A model generated the notes under the pieces. That model did no database searches and was not told where the DNA came from. It saw only the letters and a list, made by a program, of their open reading frames with translations. DNA of 64,000 nucleotides, taken from NCBI GenBank assembly GCA_046313635.1, contig JBKBYA010000001.1, positions 416,001 through 480,000 on the forward strand, in the 5' to 3' direction. Shown here piece after piece: positions 23,344 to 33,617 of this stretch (within the stretch, counting starts at the first letter, position 1; each line of letters starts with the position of its first letter). A program made the position numbers and the translations under genes. Source of the stretch: Pyrinomonadaceae bacterium (GTDB taxonomy: Bacteria > Acidobacteriota > Blastocatellia > Pyrinomonadales > Pyrinomonadaceae).

Positions 23344-24486
23344 ATGAAAGAAGAAACTCGAGCAAAACTGTCCACTGCTACGCTCCGCGCCTACGTGATG
23401 ATCGTCGTGCTTGCGGTGATCTGGCTCTTTTTTCATTGGGCGACGAGCTCGATATTTCTCACGCCGCGGAATCTCTCAAACCTGATGACGCAGATGTCGG
23501 TGACCGGCATTCTCGCCGTCGGCATGCTGATGGTGATCGTCTCGGGCAATATCGATCTCTCGGTCGGCTCGGTGCTCGGGCTCGCGGGCGGTGTCGCGGC
23601 GTACTCGCTGACCGTGCTCGACTACGGGCTCGCGCCGTCGATCGCGCTCGCGGTCGGCGTGGGCCTATTGATCGGCATGTTTCACGGCGCTCTGACGGCG
23701 TATCTGAACATCCCCGCCTTCATCGTCACGCTCGGCGGCCTGCTCGCGTGGCGCGGTGCCGTAAAGTGGCTGCTCGCGGGCAACACCGTTCCGATCTCGA
23801 ACGAGACGTTCAAGGCGATCGGACAAAGCAATCTGCCGGTGATGTGGGGCTGGATGCTGGCGGGCGTCGCGATCGCGTTCGTCTTTGCGCTGGCGTTTCG
23901 CAATGCGCGTTCGGTAAAGGATTACGGACTCGGTGAAGCTCCGTACGGCACAGAGATGGTCAAGGCGGTGATCCCGGCGGCGGCGATCGTCGCATTTATC
24001 TGGGTGATGAACTCGTACAACGGCGTCCCGATCCCGGTGCTGATACTGCTCGTCGTCGCGCTCGCCGGTGCCTTTATCACCAACTCGACCGTCTTCGGCC
24101 GGTACCTCTACGCGATCGGCGGCAATGCCGACGCGGCACGTCTCTCGGGCATCGACAACAAGCGAAACGTGCTCAAGGTCTTTGCACTGCTCGGCACGCT
24201 CACGGGCATTGCGGCGCTCATCTTTACCGCCCGCGTCGGCAGCGGCGAGCCCGGAGCCGGCACGCTCAAAGAGCTCGACGCGATCGCCGCATGCGTCATC
24301 GGCGGGGCCTCGCTCGTCGGCGGACGCGGGACGATCTTTGGCGCGTGCCTCGGCGCGCTGATCATGGCGAGCCTCGACAACGGAATGTCGCTGCTCGGCG
24401 TCAAGGACTTTCTGCAGGACATCATCAAGGGCGGGATACTCGTCGCCGCGGTCGGTCTCGATATGGCGGGCCGGTCGCGGACCTAA
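23344..24486 (+). CDS. xylH: Monosaccharide (xylose-type) ABC transporter permease
   Basis: IDLSVGS, IPAFIVTLGG, FGRYLYAIGGN, ELDAIAACVIGGASL. Confidence 0.85.
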   Translation: MKEETRAKLSTATLRAYVMIVVLAVIWLFFHWATSSIFLTPRNLSNLMTQMSVTGILAVGMLMVIVSGNIDLSVGSVLGLAGGVAAYSLTVLDYGLAPSIALAVGVGLLIGMFHGALTAYLNIPAFIVTLGGLLAWRGAVKWLLAGNTVPISNETFKAIGQSNLPVMWGWMLAGVAIAFVFALAFRNARSVKDYGLGEAPYGTEMVKAVIPAAAIVAFIWVMNSYNGVPIPVLILLVVALAGAFITNSTVFGRYLYAIGGNADAARLSGIDNKRNVLKVFALLGTLTGIAALIFTARVGSGEPGAGTLKELDAIAACVIGGASLVGGRGTIFGACLGALIMASLDNGMSLLGVKDFLQDIIKGGILVAAVGLDMAGRSRT

Positions 24487-24513
24487 GCGGCGCCGATACT
24501 TGAGAGGTGCGAT

Positions 24514-25089
24514 ATGAAGAACTTTATAAAACTCCGAACAATGACGTGGCTTGCAGCATTGCCGCTCGTGATCGTGCTGGGTGGTCCGCTGCTCTCGCAC
24601 GCCCAATCGCGTACGTCATTCGAAGCGCGTCTCAAGGAACTCAAGATCGAATTGCCGCCGGCGCCGAGGCCGCTCGCGTCGTACGTCCCGGCCGTAAGGG
24701 CCGGAAATTTGATATTCCTCGCGGGCCAGGGCCCTTTGCGTGCCGGAGTGCCGACGATGAACGGCAAGGTCGGCGCCGACCTGACCGAGGAGCAGGGCTA
24801 TCGCGCCGCTCGCGAAACGATACTAGTGTCGCTGGCCGCCCTGCGTGCGGAGATAGGATCGCTCGACCGGGTGAAGCGCATCGTCAAGCTCACGGGCTGG
24901 GTAAACAGCGCTCCCGGATTTACGCGGCAGCCGTGGGTCGTCAACGGTGCGTCGGAACTGCTGGTCGAGATATTCGGCGATGCCGGGAAGCATGCGAGGA
25001 GCTCGGTGGGCGCCAACGAGCTGCCGCTGAACATTCCCGTCGAGATCGAGCTGGTTGTCGAGGTGATGCCGCTGCCCGCGAAGCGTTAA
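24514..25089 (+). CDS. RidA/YjgF superfamily protein with signal-peptide-like N-terminus
   Basis: FLAGQGP, VNGASELL, HARSSVG, PVEIE; GAGG RBS. Confidence 0.85.
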   Translation: MKNFIKLRTMTWLAALPLVIVLGGPLLSHAQSRTSFEARLKELKIELPPAPRPLASYVPAVRAGNLIFLAGQGPLRAGVPTMNGKVGADLTEEQGYRAARETILVSLAALRAEIGSLDRVKRIVKLTGWVNSAPGFTRQPWVVNGASELLVEIFGDAGKHARSSVGANELPLNIPVEIELVVEVMPLPAKR

Positions 25090-25094
25090 GATGA

Positions 25095-26087
25095 TCAGCC
25101 GCCGATAAAGCTCATCGACCTCGACGCAGGTTTGAAGTCCGGATCATTGATATGATGCCGGGCTTCTTTTTTGAGCGTGACGTGGCGAATGAAGTCGACG
25201 AGCTCCGAGCGCGTCGCACCGCTGCGCAGGTAATCGCGGAGGTTGTGTTCGACCATTGAGAAGAGGCACGTCCGGATCTGGCCGTCGGCCGTGAGCCTGA
25301 TACGCGAGCACTGCCCGCAAAACATCTCGGTCACCGGAGCGATGATGCCGATGCCGCCCGGCGAGCCGTCGGCAAAATCGTACTTCCAGGCGGTCGAGCT
25401 GCCGCGCGTCGAGCTTCTCAGCTTGAGCGGCACGGCGGCTCCGATCTTGTCCACGATCTCGCGGCCGGGTACGACCTTTTCACGCGTCCAGTCGTGGCCC
25501 GAGTCGAGCGGCATATACTCGATGAATCGCATCTCTACGCCGTGCCGCTGCGCAAATCGAGCAAAATCGACCAACTCGTCGTCGTTGCGACCGCGGACGA
25601 TCACCGCATTGATCTTGACCGGTTCGAAGCCGTGCGCCTTTGCCGCCTCGATCGCGCGAAAGACCTCCTCGAGCGAGTCCGAGCCGGTAAACTCGCGAAA
25701 CCGGCGAGTATCGAGCGTGTCGAGGCTGAGCGTCATCCGGTCGAGACCGGCGGTCTTGAGAGCCGCAGCCTTTTCCGGAACACGGAAGCCGTTGGTCGTC
25801 AGGGCGAGATCTTTAAGCGCGGGCTTGAGTTTTGCGAGGCGGCGAATGAGCTCTTCGATGTTACGCCGCAGCATCGGCTCTCCGCCCGTCAGCCGGATCT
25901 TTTCGATGCCGAGCGAGACAAAGATGTCGGAGACGTATTCGATCTCCTCAAACGTGAGCAGCGTCTCGCGGCGAGCGAGCGGCGGTTCGCCATTCGGCAG
26001 GCAGTAGAAGCAGCGAAAGTTGCACCTGTCGGTGAGCGAGATCCTGAGATCGCGGATCGTTCGATTGTGGCCGTCGGTCAAAAGCAC
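25095..26087 (-). CDS. moaA: GTP 3',8-cyclase MoaA
   Basis: CNFRCFYC, C-terminal CGQC...C, ends in IGG; start uncertain (GTG 26087 or ATG 26141). Confidence 0.95.
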   Translation of the reverse strand: MLLTDGHNRTIRDLRISLTDRCNFRCFYCLPNGEPPLARRETLLTFEEIEYVSDIFVSLGIEKIRLTGGEPMLRRNIEELIRRLAKLKPALKDLALTTNGFRVPEKAAALKTAGLDRMTLSLDTLDTRRFREFTGSDSLEEVFRAIEAAKAHGFEPVKINAVIVRGRNDDELVDFARFAQRHGVEMRFIEYMPLDSGHDWTREKVVPGREIVDKIGAAVPLKLRSSTRGSSTAWKYDFADGSPGGIGIIAPVTEMFCGQCSRIRLTADGQIRTCLFSMVEHNLRDYLRSGATRSELVDFIRHVTLKKEARHHINDPDFKPASRSMSFIGG

Positions 26088-26141
26088 TGTGGGAATGATA
26101 GTACTTTGCTCAGCGGTGACAAAGCCGATGTGGCCGAGCAT

Positions 26142-26176
26142 TAATTACTAATTAGTGAATTATTAATTAGTAATTA
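26142..26176. repeat. AT-rich heptamer-based inverted repeat overlapping the queG stop
   Basis: TAATTACTAATTA / TAATTAGTAATTA perfect 13-bp arms. Confidence 0.6.
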
Positions 26177-27101
26177 GTTTTCGTTTCTTTGAGAGTGCGG
26201 CGGCGTTGCGTTTGAGTCCTGTCAGCTTTGCACGCTTGATCGCGCTGCGGCGAAAGCGCTCGGCGTATTCGGGATGCTCCATCGACTCGACGCGGTCGAG
26301 CTCGAGCGACGTCTCGCCGTAACGCGGTTCGAAACGCGATTCGGCGGTCGGTTTTTCAAAGCGGTTCCACGGGCAGACGTCCTGGCAGACGTCGCAGCCG
26401 TAGAGCCAGCCGTCCAAATTGTCGGCGACGGGCCGCGGTATCTCTTCGTCGCGAAGTTCGATCGTCGCGTACGAGATGCAGCGCGTCGAATCGACGACGT
26501 ACGGCTGAAGGATCGCGCCGGTCGGGCACGCGTCGAGGCACGCCGTGCACGTGCCGCAGTGATCGGCGATCGGCTCGTCGGGCTCGAGGTCGAGATCAAG
26601 AATTATCTCGCCGAGAAAGACCCACGAGCCGAGCTCGCGCGTGATGAGATTTGAGCTTTTGCCGATCCAGCCGAGGCCCGCACGCGCGGCCCACGCCTTG
26701 TCCATCACCGGTGCGGTGTCGACGCAGGCTTTGCCGGCGGCGCCGGGGAACTCTTTCGTGATCCAGTCGAGCAGTGCATTCAGCTTTTCGCGGACGACGT
26801 CGTGATAATCGTCGCCCCATGCGTAACGAGAGATCTTGCCCGCCGCATCGTCGTGCTCGTACGGCGTGTAGTAGTTGAGCGCGACGGCGACGACGGACCG
26901 CGCCTCGGGGAAGACGAGTCGCGGGTCGGCACGCTTCTCCGGGTCGCGCTCGAGCCAACGCATCTCGCCCTGAAAGCCCGCATCGAGCCACGCTTTGAAC
27001 CGCGCGGCCTCGGGCTCGAGGCGCTCGAGGCGCGCGATGCCGACGAGGTCAAATCCGATCTCGCGTGCCTTTTGTTTTATCTCGAGCGAAAGCGAGCGCA
27101 T
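26163..27101 (-). CDS. queG: Epoxyqueuosine reductase
   Basis: ISRYAWGDDYH, VDTAP, CGTCTACLDACP, GCDVCQDVCPWN. Confidence 0.96.
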   Translation of the reverse strand: MRSLSLEIKQKAREIGFDLVGIARLERLEPEAARFKAWLDAGFQGEMRWLERDPEKRADPRLVFPEARSVVAVALNYYTPYEHDDAAGKISRYAWGDDYHDVVREKLNALLDWITKEFPGAAGKACVDTAPVMDKAWAARAGLGWIGKSSNLITRELGSWVFLGEIILDLDLEPDEPIADHCGTCTACLDACPTGAILQPYVVDSTRCISYATIELRDEEIPRPVADNLDGWLYGCDVCQDVCPWNRFEKPTAESRFEPRYGETSLELDRVESMEHPEYAERFRRSAIKRAKLTGLKRNAAALSKKRKLITN

Positions 27102-27132
27102 CCGTGTCGATTATGTGCGATAAGACGCAAAC

Positions 27133-27169
27133 AAAAAAACGGCCGGACGGCATTTGCCAACCGGCCGTT
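27133..27169 (-). terminator. Rho-independent terminator after the TonB-dependent receptor
   Basis: AACGGCCGG...CCGGCCGTT stem with a U run on the minus strand. Confidence 0.75.
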
Positions 27170-27189
27170 CAAACGGTGTCGGACGAAAG

Positions 27190-30100
27190 TTAGAAGTTCA
27201 GCTTGATACCGAACTGGAACTGTCGCGGGTCAAAGGCCGAGGTCGGGAAGCTGTAGTACTTGCTGCCCTTGCGCCGGCCAAAGGCGTTGACCGCCGTGTA
27301 GAACGGGTTGGCCGCCGCCTCATTGAAACGGTTGAAGAGGTTAAAGCCCTCGGCGATCAGATCGAGCGAGACGCGCTCGCCGAAGCGGATCTTGCGCATC
27401 AGACGAGCATCGAGCGACACGTAGTTGTGCGTGATGCCCATATTGCGCCCGAGATTGCCGTTGGCCGGGAAAACGCCGTTCAGACAGTTTGCGTCAACGT
27501 TGATCTGGCAGAGCGAACCGTCGGCACGCACGTACGGCCGTTCGTTCGTGCTCTGGAAGTCGCCGTTAGCGTCGCCGACCGCAAGGATGTTGAACGGACG
27601 GCCCGATCCGAACTCGAAGATCGGAGCGAACGTGAAGCCGTGCATGAACTTTTGCCAGCCGTTGCCGCTCCTCCATCTCTCGGGCGACGAGATCACGCCG
27701 CTGAAGACGAAGCGGTGACGCTGGTCAAACAGCGAATCCGAGCGCTCGGCGCGGAAGTTCGTGTTGTCCTGCGGCTTGAGCAGCGTCTGCAGATCTGACG
27801 AGTCGTCGATCGAGTGCGACCACGTCCACGTCGCGAGGAACTGGAGGTTTTGCGAAAAGCGCTTTTTGACCTCGACATTCAGCGCGTTGTAGTACGAGTT
27901 GCCGTCCGAGAGCTGGGCGTTGACGTCGGCGTACGGATTGATCGGTCCGGGATTGGCGACGCTGCCCTGGATGGCACTGTCAAACGCCGCCTTGTTGACC
28001 AAACCGCCGGTCGCCGAGGCGACAAAGAAGTAGTTAGGCCCGAGACGGCGGAAGTAGTTGGCCGCGATCGGCGAGACGACGCGGCTGCCGAGGTTGGAGA
28101 CCGGGGCGGCGACGAGTCCGGGGATCAGGGCCGCCCAGGTTGCCGACATATTCGTAAAGCACAGCGGTGCCGGAACGCCGGTCGGGCACGGCACGACACG
28201 CGGGTCGGTGCCCGACGACGGGATGCTGATCCCGAATGCAGCTGCCGACAGGCTCGACGGATTGACGCCGAAAAATCGCCTGAAGTTCTCGCGCAACGCG
28301 TCGGTGTTGACCACGTTGACGTCCTGCGGGTGTCCGAGATGACGGGCGTTGACGGTGATGTAGCTTGCCGAGATCGCCATATCCTTGCCGATCATTCGCT
28401 CGATCGCGAGATTGCCCTGGAAGGCCTCGGGATACTGGAAGTCTTTAGACACGTTGAGCGTGAACGGCAGGATCGGCCCGAAACCGGTAAAGGTGCTCGG
28501 GTCAAAGCGCATCTGACCGTACAGGTAGCGGGCCGACGATGCGACGCCGCGCGTCACGGCCGAGCCGCAGATCGTCGGGACCGAGCCCTGCACGCCGCAG
28601 ACCGTGCCGTGCATCACCTGAAAGGCGTTGAAGAGACCGGTCGGCGACGGGCCGCCGATGGGCAAAAGGGTCGCCTGCTGCTGCTGCGAGCCGTCGGCGA
28701 TGTTTGAGTTAAAGGCCACCGCGAGCAGCGGGTGATCGTAGAACATACCGCCCGCGCCGCGGATGATCGTCTTGCCGTCGCCCATCACGTCCCATGCAAA
28801 GCCGACACGCGGGGCCCAGTTGTTAGAGTCGCGCGGGAAGCCCTGCGTCACATTCAGCGCGTCCTGCGCGGTCTGCACGTCCTGCTCGGTGAGCGTGATG
28901 CCCGTGAGCGGATCGCGGAACGGCGAAGGAGCGTACTGCTCGGTAAACTCGATGTCGTAGCGGATGCCGTAGTTGATGGTGAAATTCTTGAACACCTTCC
29001 ACGTATCCTGAGCAAAAAAGGCGACCGGGCGATTCTTCAGCGTGCTGCGCGGATCGCCGAAGCCCTGAATGAAAACGCTCGGAAATCCGAGACCGTACGC
29101 CTGTATCGGCGTGAACGCCGGCCCCGTGCAGCCGGTGATCAGGCCGCTGCACGCCTGCTGGCTGAAATTGAAAAGTCCCGGGAAGTTGAGCTCAAAGGTC
29201 GCGTCGCCGTCGATCCAGTTGACGTCGCCGCCGAACTTGAATGTGTGGCTGCCCGTCGCCCACGTAACGTTGTCGCGGATCTGAATGCGACGCTCGACGC
29301 GATCGACCGGCGAGAAGGGATTGGAGCCGATAAAGCCGGTGCCCGCGATCTGCAGCGCGACGCTCGGTACCTGCGAATCGAACTTCGCTTTGCGCCGGCC
29401 AAAGTTGAAGTAGCCCTCGTTAACGAGGTTATTCGGCAGGATGGTCGTGATCGATCCGGCGAAGGACAGGTCCTTGAGGTCCTGTATTCCCGTACGCGAA
29501 AAGTCGTTCTGGCCGAGCGTCTGATTCTGCGACTCGTCCTGGATGCCGGTGATGTTGCTCGGATTGTAGCCAAAGCGGAACATCAGCTGGTTGCGGCTGT
29601 CGAGCTTGTGATCGACGCGGATCGAGCTGTAGGTCGTATCCTCAGAGATCGGAAAGATCTTGCGGAGCTGAGTGAGCGGACGAAAGGCGATGAATTCGCC
29701 GTTGGCATTGCGTGTGAGCGGGACGGGCGTGCCCGACAGCAAAAAGCGGCCGCCGACGACCGAGCCCTGCGGCACGCCGATGCCCGGCAAAAAGTTGACG
29801 AGCGTGCTCGAGCCATTCAAAGCGGTCTGCCCGCCGATGCTCGCAAAGTGAGCGTAGGCGAGCGCGACGCTCGGGTTGGTCGACAGCGTCGACTGGATAT
29901 AGGCCGCCTGTGCCGGGGTCAGATTGGTAAAGGTCTGCGCGACGGGCAGGAACGGCGAACCGATCGTGATGCTCGATGTCGCGGCGCCCGATGCGTCGCG
30001 GCCGATGATATCGCCGGTAAAAAATCCCGACTCCTGCCGCCGGCGCTGCTCAAACGATCCGAAAAAGAACGTCCTTTCTTTGACGATCGGCCCGCCTACC

Positions 30101-30999
30101 GTAAAGCCGTACTGCACGCGCGTGTAAGGCGGCTTCTTTTTGGGATCGCCGTCGATCACCGGCGCAAATGCGTTGCGGGCCTGAATGCTCTTGTCGCGGA
30201 TAAAGCCAAAGAGATTGCCGCGAAAGTCGTTGCCGCCGCGCTTGGTGACGACGTTGATGATGCCGCCGGTCGCGCGGCCAAACTCGGGCAGGTACGAGTT
30301 GGTCGTGATCTGATATTCCTCGACGGCCTCCTGCGACACGGTCGAGCGTGCGGCGTTGACCGAGTTGTCGGTAAAGTCGGCTCCGTCGACCTGCACGAGC
30401 GTCGAGCGGCCGCGCTGGCCGCCGATATTAAGGCCGGACGTCGGGGCCGGGCCGACCGGGCGGCCGTTGTCGCGCCCGACGGTCGAGATCGTCAGCGCAA
30501 AGCCGGTCGCGCTGCGCTCGTTGATCGGCAGATTTTGAATACGCGTCTGATCGATCGTGTTGGCGACCGTCGAGCGGGTCGGCTCGATCAGCTGCACATC
30601 TTCGCCCGAGACGTTGACGACCGCGTCCTGCGCGCCGACCTCGAGCTTGACGCCCAGCTCGGCGCTCTGGCCGACCGACAGCTTGACCGGCGAGATGACG
30701 ACCTTTTTGAAATTGGCGGCCTCGGCGGTGATCGAGTATTCGCCGGGCGGCAGGCCGATGAATTTGTATTTGCCGTCGTCGCCCGCCGTGACGGTGCGGG
30801 TGATGCCGGTCGAGTTGTCTTTGGCGGTGACGGTAGCGCCGGCGACAACAGCCCCGTTGGGATCGGTGACCGTGCCAGCGAGGTCGGCGGCGGTCGCCTG
30901 GGCCTGTGCCCAGGCACCGACCGTCATGACCATGACCGTCACTGCCAGGACCGCAAACCGGACCGTCGCCGAAAATAGTTTTGACGTCTTTGCTCTCAT
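27190..30999 (-). CDS. TonB-dependent receptor (Oar-like) with N-terminal carboxypeptidase-regulatory-like domain
   Basis: Signal peptide, GTVTDPNGAVVAGATVT, EFGRATGGIINVVTKRG, C-terminal PRQFQFGIKLNF; AAGGAG RBS. Confidence 0.92.
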   Translation of the reverse strand: MRAKTSKLFSATVRFAVLAVTVMVMTVGAWAQAQATAADLAGTVTDPNGAVVAGATVTAKDNSTGITRTVTAGDDGKYKFIGLPPGEYSITAEAANFKKVVISPVKLSVGQSAELGVKLEVGAQDAVVNVSGEDVQLIEPTRSTVANTIDQTRIQNLPINERSATGFALTISTVGRDNGRPVGPAPTSGLNIGGQRGRSTLVQVDGADFTDNSVNAARSTVSQEAVEEYQITTNSYLPEFGRATGGIINVVTKRGGNDFRGNLFGFIRDKSIQARNAFAPVIDGDPKKKPPYTRVQYGFTVGGPIVKERTFFFGSFEQRRRQESGFFTGDIIGRDASGAATSSITIGSPFLPVAQTFTNLTPAQAAYIQSTLSTNPSVALAYAHFASIGGQTALNGSSTLVNFLPGIGVPQGSVVGGRFLLSGTPVPLTRNANGEFIAFRPLTQLRKIFPISEDTTYSSIRVDHKLDSRNQLMFRFGYNPSNITGIQDESQNQTLGQNDFSRTGIQDLKDLSFAGSITTILPNNLVNEGYFNFGRRKAKFDSQVPSVALQIAGTGFIGSNPFSPVDRVERRIQIRDNVTWATGSHTFKFGGDVNWIDGDATFELNFPGLFNFSQQACSGLITGCTGPAFTPIQAYGLGFPSVFIQGFGDPRSTLKNRPVAFFAQDTWKVFKNFTINYGIRYDIEFTEQYAPSPFRDPLTGITLTEQDVQTAQDALNVTQGFPRDSNNWAPRVGFAWDVMGDGKTIIRGAGGMFYDHPLLAVAFNSNIADGSQQQQATLLPIGGPSPTGLFNAFQVMHGTVCGVQGSVPTICGSAVTRGVASSARYLYGQMRFDPSTFTGFGPILPFTLNVSKDFQYPEAFQGNLAIERMIGKDMAISASYITVNARHLGHPQDVNVVNTDALRENFRRFFGVNPSSLSAAAFGISIPSSGTDPRVVPCPTGVPAPLCFTNMSATWAALIPGLVAAPVSNLGSRVVSPIAANYFRRLGPNYFFVASATGGLVNKAAFDSAIQGSVANPGPINPYADVNAQLSDGNSYYNALNVEVKKRFSQNLQFLATWTWSHSIDDSSDLQTLLKPQDNTNFRAERSDSLFDQRHRFVFSGVISSPERWRSGNGWQKFMHGFTFAPIFEFGSGRPFNILAVGDANGDFQSTNERPYVRADGSLCQINVDANCLNGVFPANGNLGRNMGITHNYVSLDARLMRKIRFGERVSLDLIAEGFNLFNRFNEAAANPFYTAVNAFGRRKGSKYYSFPTSAFDPRQFQFGIKLNF

Positions 31000-31236
31000 C
31001 AAGTTTCTCCTTTTACTGCCGGATGTGATTTTGTTCCGTTGGAACGCCTCGTTGCGGTGGAGACAACGGCGTGAATGCGCAAAGCCGGCAAAACCGAGCC
31101 CAGCGTCATCAGATAATGAATTGTTACCAACGGGTGACTAAAAGGCTGCAATAGCTGTGAAGTTTTTAACGCAAAAACGGCATTTAGGCAAGCAGTTACG
31201 CGGGTCCTGGCTTTTTGCCCGAGGCGGCCGGTCGGC

Positions 31237-32409
31237 TCACGGAGCTCTCGTCAGTCGAGCGAGGCCGCTGCGGGCGGCGGAGCTGAGCGATAGAGCGCGA
31301 ACGAGCGTCTCGGCAGCGCGGGGCATAAAAGCCGCCCGACGAAGGATCGACGAGACGAGCAGACGGCGTCTGAAACGCGCGCGGCTCGACGCCTCATACG
31401 ACCCGGCGATCGCTGCGAACGAGCGTTCTCGGCAGCCCGCAATGCACTCGGCGAGCAGCGCCGAGCTCTCTAGCGCGAGCAGCATCCCGCTGCCCGTGAA
31501 AGGGTCGATGAACGCCGCGGCGTCGCCGACCGTCAGGAGCTTGCCGAGCGGGGCCCTTTCGACGCTGCCAAAGCTCGGCACGGCGACGGCGAGCCATTCG
31601 CCCGCGCGGACGGCCGGGCCGAGCGTCTCGGCGGCGCGCGGATTCTGCATCACGATCTCGCTGACGAGAGCGTCGTTTTCGCCGCAGCGTCTGACCGCCT
31701 CGGCCCTGATCAGCATGCAGTGATTTGCCGCAGAGCCCTCGACATTGCTCAGGCCGCTGTAGCCGCCCGGGAACGAGTAGATCTCGCACGCGCCGCGCGG
31801 CACGGCCGCGCCGCGGAGGTGGCACTTGAGACCGACGATCCTCTCCGGAGGGCGCGAATTGTCGAGCCTTGAGCCAAAGGCGCGGGCCGCGAGCTTGACC
31901 AGCGCCCGCGCCCGGCCGGTCGCGTCCACGAGCAGTCGCGGCTCGACGCGCCGCGAGACGTTCGCGGCGTCGATCGCGACCTCGCGTATCTCGCCGCCGT
32001 CGATCTCGATGCCGCGAATGCTCGCGCCTTCGACGACGTCGGCCCCGGCCTGCCGCGCGCCGTCGAGCAGGATCGAGTCCATCGCCGCACGGCTGAGACT
32101 CAGAGCCGCGCCGCCAAAGACCTCGCTCGGCACCGCGACCGAACGACCGCTCATCGAGTAAAAAAATGTCGCGTCGATGCGGTCGCCGCCCGCGGCGAGC
32201 ATCGGCTCGAGCACGTCGAGCTCGGCAAAATGCGTAAGGCACTCGGGCGAGATGAATTCGCCGCACAGCTTGTCGCGCGGAAACGTCTCTTTCTCGACGA
32301 GCACGACAGGCAGGCCGGCACTCGCGAGTCTGATCGCGAGGCTGCTGCCAGCCGGGCCCGCCCCGGCGATGACGACAGGCCTGCGGTCGGTCGTTCTATG
32401 AATGCCCAC
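31237..32409 (-). CDS. FAD-dependent oxidoreductase (geranylgeranyl reductase/monooxygenase-like)
   Basis: GAGPAG, FPRDKLCGE, DATGR, GDAAAFIDPFTGSG; probable GTG start at 32409. Confidence 0.88.
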   Translation of the reverse strand: MGIHRTTDRRPVVIAGAGPAGSSLAIRLASAGLPVVLVEKETFPRDKLCGEFISPECLTHFAELDVLEPMLAAGGDRIDATFFYSMSGRSVAVPSEVFGGAALSLSRAAMDSILLDGARQAGADVVEGASIRGIEIDGGEIREVAIDAANVSRRVEPRLLVDATGRARALVKLAARAFGSRLDNSRPPERIVGLKCHLRGAAVPRGACEIYSFPGGYSGLSNVEGSAANHCMLIRAEAVRRCGENDALVSEIVMQNPRAAETLGPAVRAGEWLAVAVPSFGSVERAPLGKLLTVGDAAAFIDPFTGSGMLLALESSALLAECIAGCRERSFAAIAGSYEASSRARFRRRLLVSSILRRAAFMPRAAETLVRALSLSSAARSGLARLTRAP

Positions 32410-32470
32410 GAGGTTATGATAGCGTCGATCCGTCGGACGGCGAATGCCCTCGCCCGCGACCCTTCGTGCT

Positions 32471-33430
32471 ATGCAGATCATTCCGTTATCGATCCCGACG
32501 CCCTTCTACGTCGGACCTGTCAACGTTTATCTCATTAAGGCCGAACCGCTCACGCTCATCGACGTCGGGCCAAAGACGCCCGAGGCCGCCGCCGCGCTCA
32601 GGGCCGGATTGGCGGCGAGCGGCGTCGCCCTCGCAGACATCGGTCGCGTCGTGCTCACGCACGCGCACGAGGACCACTGCGGCCTTGCCAGATCGGTCCG
32701 CGACGAAGCGAAGAATGCCGAGATCCTCGTTCACGGCTGGGAGACGGGGCATCTATTCGGCCGGCTGGCGCGCGACGAGCACGAGTCGCTCCTCAAGCGC
32801 GCCGGCGTGCCGCATCACGTTTTTGAAGAGATGCGCGGACTGTACAGCGACATCAGTCTCTTGACCGACTCGCTCGCAGACGGCGAGTTCGAGCTGCTGC
32901 AGGACGAGATGGAGCTCGAATTTGAGAGCGGCACGCTTCGCGTACTGCACACGCCGGGTCACACGCCCGGTTCGTGCTCGTTCGTCCGCGAGTCAAACCG
33001 CACGCTGATCTGCGGCGACTGCGTGCTCAAGCGCATCACGCCAAACCCGATCCTCTCGCCCGATCCGATCGACCCGCGGCGGCGCTTTCGTTCGCTCGCC
33101 GAGTATCTCGTCAGTCTCGCGAAGCTCCGCAGCTATCGCCCGACGCTCGCGTACGGCGGTCACGGCGAGCCGATCACGGATTTTGAAGAGATCTTTAACC
33201 GCTACGTCCGCGCGATCGACGAACGCCAGCGAAAGGTCGTCTCGCTGCTCTCGCCCGACGGCTCGACCGCGTACGACGTCGCGCGAAAGCTCTTTCCGGC
33301 GTCGATCGATCACGACGTCCACCGCTTCCTGGCCGTCAGCGAGGCCGCGGCGCACCTCGACTACGCCGAGGGCGAAGGTAAGATCACGGTCGAATCTCGC
33401 GAGGGCGTCGAGGTCTACCGGCGTATGTAG
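32471..33430 (+). CDS. MBL-fold metallo-hydrolase
   Basis: THAHEDHCG, TPGHTPG, GGHG. Confidence 0.88.
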   Translation: MQIIPLSIPTPFYVGPVNVYLIKAEPLTLIDVGPKTPEAAAALRAGLAASGVALADIGRVVLTHAHEDHCGLARSVRDEAKNAEILVHGWETGHLFGRLARDEHESLLKRAGVPHHVFEEMRGLYSDISLLTDSLADGEFELLQDEMELEFESGTLRVLHTPGHTPGSCSFVRESNRTLICGDCVLKRITPNPILSPDPIDPRRRFRSLAEYLVSLAKLRSYRPTLAYGGHGEPITDFEEIFNRYVRAIDERQRKVVSLLSPDGSTAYDVARKLFPASIDHDVHRFLAVSEAAAHLDYAEGEGKITVESREGVEVYRRM

Positions 33431-33436
33431 GCCCTC

Positions 33437-33521
33437 CTTTGCGGCCTCTGCGAGCTTTGCGTGAAAAAGATCGTTTCCCGCAGAGCACGCAAAGCTCGCA
33501 AAGCTAGAAAAGCTCGCAAAG
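33437..33521. repeat. Second gene-less 9-nt periodic inverted repeat related to the GxxExxY flanks
   Basis: CTTTGCGGCCTCTGCGAGCTTTGCGTGAAA-N7-TTTCCCGCAGAGCACGCAAAGCTCGCAAAG. Confidence 0.75.
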
Positions 33522-33617
33522 CCTGATCGAGCGCCGCCGGCGTCCGTTTTTCTTTTAAGCCCCAGCGGCTATACTGAACCATCCCAAAATCAAATCGTTC
33601 GATAAAGAGTTTTGCCC

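Noticed and set aside
28732..30978. 748-aa + strand ORF and similar long antisense ORFs (e.g. 19139..20422, 43660..45069, 56093..57268)
   Set aside because: Shadow frames of well-supported genes in high-GC DNA, with no motifs
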